IMG/VR virus record: IMGVR_UViG_3300033183_000354
Coordinates: 88,720 to 152,719 of that record
Strand: one strand, 5' to 3'
DNA length: 64,000 nucleotides
Source of the DNA: a virus
The notes below the pieces were generated by a model. It had not been told where the DNA came from, searched no databases, and worked only from the letters and a program-made list of their open reading frames with translations. This document shows positions 57,805 to 64,000 of the stretch, one piece after another (within the stretch, counting starts at the first letter, position 1; each line of letters opens with the position of its first letter). A program made the position numbers and the translations under genes.

Positions 57805-60800
57805 ATGGTATCATTAAATAGAAATTTAGCAGCAGCATTAGGTCAATCAGCGGCAAATGATACTGTAAGCGATACAGGTGCGCCAGCTGGTGGATTAACT
57901 ATATTCGATTCAATCGGAGAAATGACAGCTACTACGGCTACTGCATCAAGTGGTGAATTAGGTCTATTAAGAGATTCAAATCTTTTATATGTGCATAATG
58001 GTTCAGGTTGGTTTAAGATGGCAGTTATTAATACTTCACCATCTTTTTCTACTTCTCCAGAAACTACGTATGAACTTTCAAATACAGGAGCAGTAACTAC
58101 AATTACTATCCTTGCAACCGATCCTGAAGGTCTTCCTATTACATATAGCGCATCAGGTAATAATGATTTTAATGGTCTTGCAACTGTTTCTCAAGATTCG
58201 AGTGTATTTACTATTACACCTTTAAGCGAAGACTCTGCTACGACTACTTCTGGTATATTAACATTTACTGCTTCAGATGGAGTAAATCTTGCTACAGCTA
58301 CTTCAACCTTTAGCTTAGTATTTAAAGTAGAAAATGCAAATTATACTCGGCTTTTAATAAAAGCTTCTGGCAATTCTGGTACAAATACTAGTATTACTGA
58401 TTCTTCCTCAAACTCACATTCTCTTACGATTAATGGCAATACACATGCAAGCTCATTAAGTCCATATTCTTCAGGTGGCTATAGTTATTATTTTAATGGA
58501 TCAAGTGATTATCTTTATGCAGCTGCATCATCTGATTTTGCTTTTGGCACCGGTGACTTTACAATTGAATTTTGGGCATATATTACTAATACCACTACTA
58601 GTCGAATTTTAACTAATAGAGCTACTCAAACCGGCGCCGCCGGTACATGGTCTTTAACTTTAAATTACAATACAATTAGATTTACAGAAGTTATATCTGG
58701 TGAGCCAGGACCGACAGCAAATATCGATATGTTAAATAGATGGGCTCATATTGCTGTTGCTAGAAGTTCTGGTACTACAAAGATATTTGTTGATGGTATT
58801 GAAATTGCAAGTGCAACGCAAACTACAAACTTCAGCAACTCTTCATATAATTTACATATTGGAACTTCTCCTAACGAAAACTACCGAGAAGGCTATTTTA
58901 GTGATATTCGAATAGTTAAAGGTACTGCTTTATATACTTCTAATTTTACTCCACCGACTGAAAGACTAACTGCAGTATCTGGTACAGTTTTACTTACTTG
59001 TCATCTTCCTTATCTTGTAGATGGTTCTTCTGCTGCAAGAACTATTAACATTAATAGTGTCAGAGCGACTGCTTTTAGTCCATATTTGTCATATGCTTAT
59101 TCTGCATCTTCTTATGGAGGATCTGTATATTACGATGGGACTGGTGATTATATTGATTTTTCACCGAGTTCCGATTTTGGATCTAGTGATTTTACGATAG
59201 AAGCATGGTTATATCCTACAGATAGTACTGCTTATCGAGTAGTCTCAGCTAGAAATAGCAATAGTGGATTAACTTTCGGTAGAGCTGCAAATGGCACTTT
59301 TAGTATATTTTATGGAAATGGTACTGCATATCTAGATATAGCAAATGTTGTTCCTTTAAATGTATGGACACACGCAGCATTAGTTAGAGAGAGCGGAACG
59401 GCTAAAGTTTATATTAATGGAATATTTAAAGGATCTGTAGATTGGTCGGGTAAATCATTTACTTCAACTACTTATAGAATTGGTAATAGCTATGATACCC
59501 GAAATGAAACTTTTGATGGAAATGTTTCTGACTTACAGATGATCAGTGGTACTGCAAAGTATACTGCTAATTTTACTCCTAACACAAGCCCTATTTCAAC
59601 TGCAAGCGGGGCGATGCTTCATTTAAAAGGACAAGATGCTAAAGTATATGATGCATCACAAAATAAAGTAATAACTTTAGCTGGTAATACTTCTTCATCA
59701 ACTGGACAAACAAAATATGCTTCTTCTTCAGTTTATTTTGATGGTACCGGAGACTATGCTACTATATCATATGATGCTGAATTAACAAAATGGTGGACAA
59801 AACCATATACAATTGAAGCATGGATATATCCTACTAATCTTGCAAATTGGGGATATGATGCTAGTTATCGTCCTAATTTAATTTGTCACGGCACACATAA
59901 TTCTACTATAAACTATTGGTCATTTGGTACCAGTGACGATGGTGCAGTATATTTCTATTATTGGAATGGTGCTGTTAATGACGTTAAATCTACAACTGGT
60001 CTTGTGACTGCTAATACATGGTCTCATATTGCTATGACTCACAATAACGGTGTTATTAATTTATATCATAATGGGACGCATGTAAAAACGGCAAATGTAA
60101 GTGGAACGCCTCAGGAAAGTTCTAGCTATCCTATCAATATTGGAATGATTAATAATGTAGGTATTATTGGTTATGTAGAAGATTTAAGAATAACAACTGG
60201 TCTTAGTCGATATTCATATATTCCTGCAAAGGAAACTTTGTCTGTGGATGCTAATACTATTTTATTAACAGCGCATGCTTCATCTGTCACGGACGGTACT
60301 AGTAACTCTTCTCCAACAGCATCTGGTAATGCTGCAGTAACAACACATGCTCCAAAACAAGGTATGTATTCAATCGATTTTGATGGAACAGACGATAAAG
60401 TCTCGATAAGCAATCCTAATACTGCATTTGGAAGTTTAACAGGTGACTATACTATTGAATGTTGGGTTAATATGGATGCTGTGCCTTCAGGTGATGGTAA
60501 TGGAGATGAAAACCAAATTATTGGTCAATCAACTTGGCCAGAAAATGCAACTAGTGGTAATTGGTGGGTATTGTTTGCTGTAGCAAGTGGTGTTTATTTC
60601 TACACTGCTGATGGGTCTAATTATACTGCTCATCATGCAACTGCTATGTCTTGGACAGTCGGAAAATGGACTCACATAGCTGTAGTAAAATCAAGTGGGA
60701 CTGTTTCTGTCTATATTGATGGATCACTTCAGACTTCTGGTTCCAATGATGATACTCTTATTGCTGATAACAATAGAGCTTTAACTATTGGCAATGATGC

Positions 60801-60903
60801 CGGAAATACTAATGACTTTAATGGACAAATATCGAATTTACGTGTATCAAATACTGCTCGTTATACAAGTGATTTTACACCACCTTCTTCGGCATTAGTA
60901 TAA
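57805..60903 (+). CDS. adhesin paralogue 5 with multiple LamG/ConA-like domains
   Basis: Same architecture as 52027..55095. Confidence 0.85.
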   Translation: MVSLNRNLAAALGQSAANDTVSDTGAPAGGLTIFDSIGEMTATTATASSGELGLLRDSNLLYVHNGSGWFKMAVINTSPSFSTSPETTYELSNTGAVTTITILATDPEGLPITYSASGNNDFNGLATVSQDSSVFTITPLSEDSATTTSGILTFTASDGVNLATATSTFSLVFKVENANYTRLLIKASGNSGTNTSITDSSSNSHSLTINGNTHASSLSPYSSGGYSYYFNGSSDYLYAAASSDFAFGTGDFTIEFWAYITNTTTSRILTNRATQTGAAGTWSLTLNYNTIRFTEVISGEPGPTANIDMLNRWAHIAVARSSGTTKIFVDGIEIASATQTTNFSNSSYNLHIGTSPNENYREGYFSDIRIVKGTALYTSNFTPPTERLTAVSGTVLLTCHLPYLVDGSSAARTININSVRATAFSPYLSYAYSASSYGGSVYYDGTGDYIDFSPSSDFGSSDFTIEAWLYPTDSTAYRVVSARNSNSGLTFGRAANGTFSIFYGNGTAYLDIANVVPLNVWTHAALVRESGTAKVYINGIFKGSVDWSGKSFTSTTYRIGNSYDTRNETFDGNVSDLQMISGTAKYTANFTPNTSPISTASGAMLHLKGQDAKVYDASQNKVITLAGNTSSSTGQTKYASSSVYFDGTGDYATISYDAELTKWWTKPYTIEAWIYPTNLANWGYDASYRPNLICHGTHNSTINYWSFGTSDDGAVYFYYWNGAVNDVKSTTGLVTANTWSHIAMTHNNGVINLYHNGTHVKTANVSGTPQESSSYPINIGMINNVGIIGYVEDLRITTGLSRYSYIPAKETLSVDANTILLTAHASSVTDGTSNSSPTASGNAAVTTHAPKQGMYSIDFDGTDDKVSISNPNTAFGSLTGDYTIECWVNMDAVPSGDGNGDENQIIGQSTWPENATSGNWWVLFAVASGVYFYTADGSNYTAHHATAMSWTVGKWTHIAVVKSSGTVSVYIDGSLQTSGSNDDTLIADNNRALTIGNDAGNTNDFNGQISNLRVSNTARYTSDFTPPSSALV

Positions 60904-60906
60904 ATA
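60899..60906 (+). promoter_or_regulatory. late promoter TATAAATA
   Basis: Exact consensus 5 nt before ATG 60912. Confidence 0.7.
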
Positions 60907-60911
60907 GTGAT

Positions 60912-61976
60912 ATGGCACGTACGAGATCAGGTAATATCGCAGAAGCGATTCGAAAAGCATTAACTCGAGGAACTTTAACATCAGCTGGCAATTTAGTTGG
61001 TGCTGGTGGAGTTAATGTTTATGCTACGATTAGTCAACTGCCGCTTTCTGGTGTAACTGCTGGTACTCAAGCATATATTACAGCAACAAATAGATTATAT
61101 GTGCACAATGGTACAGGTTGGTATGCCATTAATGTAGGTGATGCATATTCAGCATTTCCAACTGTTATGGAATTTTATTTGTGGGGCGGGGGCGGAGAAG
61201 GTGGTATGCAGTATAGTACCAATGGGTCTGGTGCTGGAGGCGGCGGAGGATTTACTTATGGTGAGCTAGCTAGTCCTGCAAATTCTATAGGAACAACATA
61301 TACTCTTAAAGTGAATGCTGGCGGTGGATTTGCTTATTCTGGTGGCATTGGTGGCGGATATACTGGAGTCTTTACTTCTGCAACTATTTCTCAAGCAAAT
61401 GCTGCTCTGATTGCAGGTGGTGGAGGCGGAGGCGCAGCTAATCAAGGTGGTGCTGGCGGCGGATTAACTGGACAAAATGGTGCTTTTAATAGCAATGCCG
61501 GTGAAGGTTATGGGGGATCCCAATCTGCTGGTGGTGGATGGAGAAACACACCATATAATGATCCTGGTGGGTCTGGTTCCGCTTTAACTGGGTTTTCTCA
61601 AAATAGTGCCGGTGGTCCAGGCAATGGAAGTTATTCCGGTGGTGGTGGCGGTGGTTACTTTGGTGGCGGCGGTGGTGGTAAGTACTATGGTGGAGGCGCC
61701 GGTGGAGGTGGATCAGGATATGTGGATTCAGCTGAATTTGTAAATTCGTATACTCAAGTTGGAAGTAATGCAACTCCAGCAAATTCATCTTCGTCTCTAA
61801 GAAACGGTAGAGGTGAAGGAGGTTCAGCTCAGCAAACATCTGCGCCAACAAAGGGAATAGCTGTTATTCGTTATGAATCTGGAACTGCTGTAGCAACTGG
61901 TGGAACAATTACAACAGATGGAAGTTATATAGTTCATACGTTTGATTCAGATGGATCATTCTATATCACAGGATAA
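60912..61976 (+). CDS. adhesin paralogue 6 with a glycine-rich head
   Basis: LPLSGVTAGTQAY..TNRLY..NGTGWY, then a Gly-rich domain homologous to that of 55115..56509. Confidence 0.8.
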   Translation: MARTRSGNIAEAIRKALTRGTLTSAGNLVGAGGVNVYATISQLPLSGVTAGTQAYITATNRLYVHNGTGWYAINVGDAYSAFPTVMEFYLWGGGGEGGMQYSTNGSGAGGGGGFTYGELASPANSIGTTYTLKVNAGGGFAYSGGIGGGYTGVFTSATISQANAALIAGGGGGGAANQGGAGGGLTGQNGAFNSNAGEGYGGSQSAGGGWRNTPYNDPGGSGSALTGFSQNSAGGPGNGSYSGGGGGGYFGGGGGGKYYGGGAGGGGSGYVDSAEFVNSYTQVGSNATPANSSSSLRNGRGEGGSAQQTSAPTKGIAVIRYESGTAVATGGTITTDGSYIVHTFDSDGSFYITG

Positions 61977-61979
61977 GAT

Positions 61980-64000
61980 ATGGCAGAGACAAGAGCAAGA
62001 GACGTAGCAAGAACATTTGGTCAAGCAATTGAACAGAATACTCTTACTGCAACAGGATCACTTGGTGTTACAGGTTTTTCTGTATACGTTACTATTGATG
62101 ATCTTCCTCTATCAGGAGTTCCAGCTGGAACTCAAGCATTAGTCACTTCAACAAATACTCTTTATATCAATAATGGCGTAGGTTGGTTTAAGATTGCTCT
62201 TCTCAATACTAATCCTTACTTTACTGATTCTGGTACACCAGAAAGTACATATGCTTTGTCCTCGCAAGGAATAGCAACTACTATTACATTAATTGCTGTT
62301 GACTCTGAAGGTATTCCTATTACATATAGTGCAGTTGCTGATTCAGATTTTGGTGGACTTGCATCTATTTCTCAAGACTCTTCGGTCTTTACTGTTACAC
62401 CATTTAGCGAAGATAGCGCAACGACTTCTTCTGGTACTGTCACATTTAAAGCAACTGATGGTGTTAATATTGCTTCTGCTCTTTCTACATTTACATTACA
62501 ATTTTCAATACCTAATTCAAGTCATACATTACTTCTTGCAAAGGCATCTGGCAATGACGGTACAAATGCTATTACCGATGAATCTTCGAATGGTTATACA
62601 CTAACAAAGTCTGGTGATGTAAAAAGATCTGCATTTAGTCCATATCGCGATGCTGGATATAGTTATTATAATAGTGGCGGAAGTGCAACAAAGGGATATT
62701 CATTTACTAATATTCTTGGTGGATATGGATCTGGTAATTTTACAGTAGAAACTTGGGTATATTTAACATCTAATAATGATTATTCTAAAACTATATTTTC
62801 TAATTTTTATTATTATAATGGAACATCAAATGCTAGTGTAAGATTAACTATAAACAGAGAAGATATTTATTGGAACATGTATACTGGTGGCGGGACAGCA
62901 GCCAATGGTGCGCCACAAACAAATTTACATTATGCAGCACAAGATAATTATTTAAATAGATGGGTTCATATTGCTATTGTAAGAAATAGCGGCTATATTT
63001 ATTTGTATGTTGATGGCATTCAAAGAATTAGTTCTGCTCTATCATCTGATAGTACTGTTAATTATCCAAATAGAGATTTATATATTGGCAGAAATTACTT
63101 ATATAGCGGAAGTCCATCAGAATCAAGAACCGACTATGGTGGACCACTTTATTTAAAAGATTTTAGAATATCTAGTAACGCAAGATATACCGCAGATTTT
63201 ACTCCGCCTACTGAAAAATTAACAGCTGATGCAAATACTGATTTATTACTATTTAATACACCATATGTGAAAGATGCATCATCTAATGATTATACTATAA
63301 CGCCTTATGATTTAACTCAATTAGAACCGTTTAGTCCATATGATAATACTGCATCTTATTCTGCATCTAATAACGGTTCGTCGTTATATTTTGATGGAAG
63401 TGGTGATTATCTAACAATTGCAGATACAAATTCACGAGTAAGTACAGGAAGTTATACAGTTGAGGGATGGTTCTATTTAGAAGGTCTACCATCTACAAGA
63501 TCTCAGCACGCAACTTTACATACACAATATTACCCGTCGTCTGGTGAAGGTGGTCGATATTTGACTTATATTTCTTCTAATGATAATGCATTTACTTATT
63601 GGGTTGGAGCAGATGGGTCTACAACACACTCGAATATTATTAAGACACATCAGTGGTATCATTTCGCGGCGGTAAGAAATGGGACTAGTTGTACATTATA
63701 TTTAAATGGTAAAGGTGAAACAGATGGTGTAGTTTATGATACTTCAATCTATCAAGAAAATCCACAGGTTGGTGCAGAACCTAATAATGGTACTTATTTA
63801 CAAGGATATATTGCCGATTGGCATTTAACAAAAGGTACTGCAAAGTATACTTCTGATTTTACTCCACCAACAGCTCCTATTAGTAATTCTAGTGCTACAA
63901 CATCAATTGCTAATGTATCTACACCTAATTTGTATAGTGCTTCTCAAAATAGAAATTCTCATGCTCTTTATGGAAATGTAAAGTCTTCGACTGGTCAAAC
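61980..64000 (+). CDS. adhesin paralogue 7 with LamG domains (runs off the window end; not in the ORF track)
   Basis: MAETRARDVARTFG...LPLSGVPAGTQA...DSEGIPITYS..ADSDFGGLASISQDSSVF..., then LamG motifs. Confidence 0.8.
   Translation, partial: MAETRARDVARTFGQAIEQNTLTATGSLGVTGFSVYVTIDDLPLSGVPAGTQALVTSTNTLYINNGVGWFKIALLNTNPYFTDSGTPESTYALSSQGIATTITLIAVDSEGIPITYSAVADSDFGGLASISQDSSVFTVTPFSEDSATTSSGTVTFKATDGVNIASALSTFTLQFSIPNSSHTLLLAKASGNDGTNAITDESSNGYTLTKSGDVKRSAFSPYRDAGYSYYNSGGSATKGYSFTNILGGYGSGNFTVETWVYLTSNNDYSKTIFSNFYYYNGTSNASVRLTINREDIYWNMYTGGGTAANGAPQTNLHYAAQDNYLNRWVHIAIVRNSGYIYLYVDGIQRISSALSSDSTVNYPNRDLYIGRNYLYSGSPSESRTDYGGPLYLKDFRISSNARYTADFTPPTEKLTADANTDLLLFNTPYVKDASSNDYTITPYDLTQLEPFSPYDNTASYSASNNGSSLYFDGSGDYLTIADTNSRVSTGSYTVEGWFYLEGLPSTRSQHATLHTQYYPSSGEGGRYLTYISSNDNAFTYWVGADGSTTHSNIIKTHQWYHFAAVRNGTSCTLYLNGKGETDGVVYDTSIYQENPQVGAEPNNGTYLQGYIADWHLTKGTAKYTSDFTPPTAPISNSSATTSIANVSTPNLYSASQNRNSHALYGNVKSSTGQ

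Noticed and set aside
11124-62604. Many antisense and alternate-frame ORFs nested in structural genes (e.g. 11124, 19753, 36104, 44775, 45426, 61486, 62293)
   Set aside because: Expected shadows of biased Thr/Ser/Ala/Gly codon usage; no RBS or domain evidence
51059-64000. Diversity-generating retroelement acting on the adhesins
   Set aside because: No reverse transcriptase in the window and no near-identical TR/VR pair differing only at adenines was seen

Overview
A 64-kb segment of an AT-rich T4-like myovirus genome, probably from an aquatic or marine host (host not determinable from this window). 1-10.1 kb: small early and hypothetical genes, glutaredoxin, three tRNAs, two convergent 2OG-Fe(II) oxygenase-like paralogues, gp33 and gp32. 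6.2-6.5 kb and 10.1-10.7 kb: GC-richer, highly structured non-coding regions, including tRNA-Gly and a tRNA-like element with no normal anticodon loop. 10.7-15.4 kb (minus strand): gp4, gp2, tail tube-like gene, gp26, gp51 and a tape-measure-like gene. 15.5-38.8 kb: baseplate module (gp48, gp53, hub, split gp5, gp25, gp6, gp7-like, gp9-like, gp8, a large VrlC-like protein ending in a Hint domain, a GNAT, a segmented fibre). 38.8-42.6 kb: island of three DxD glycosyltransferases, a radical SAM enzyme and a methyltransferase-like gene. 42.7-64 kb: tail-fibre and adhesin genes, including seven paralogues with a shared stalk and variable heads. Main hypotheses: (1) a virion O-glycosylation or modification system, based on strong Asp-Ser enrichment in predicted outer virion proteins next to the glycosyltransferase island; (2) unassigned structured ncRNAs; (3) a lambda G/GT-like -1 frameshift joining gp26 and gp51; (4) a Hint+GNAT cassette between two halves of a VrlC-like baseplate protein; (5) leaderless late mRNAs (TATAAATA-N5-ATG). 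All assignments come from reading motifs by eye; no searches were run.
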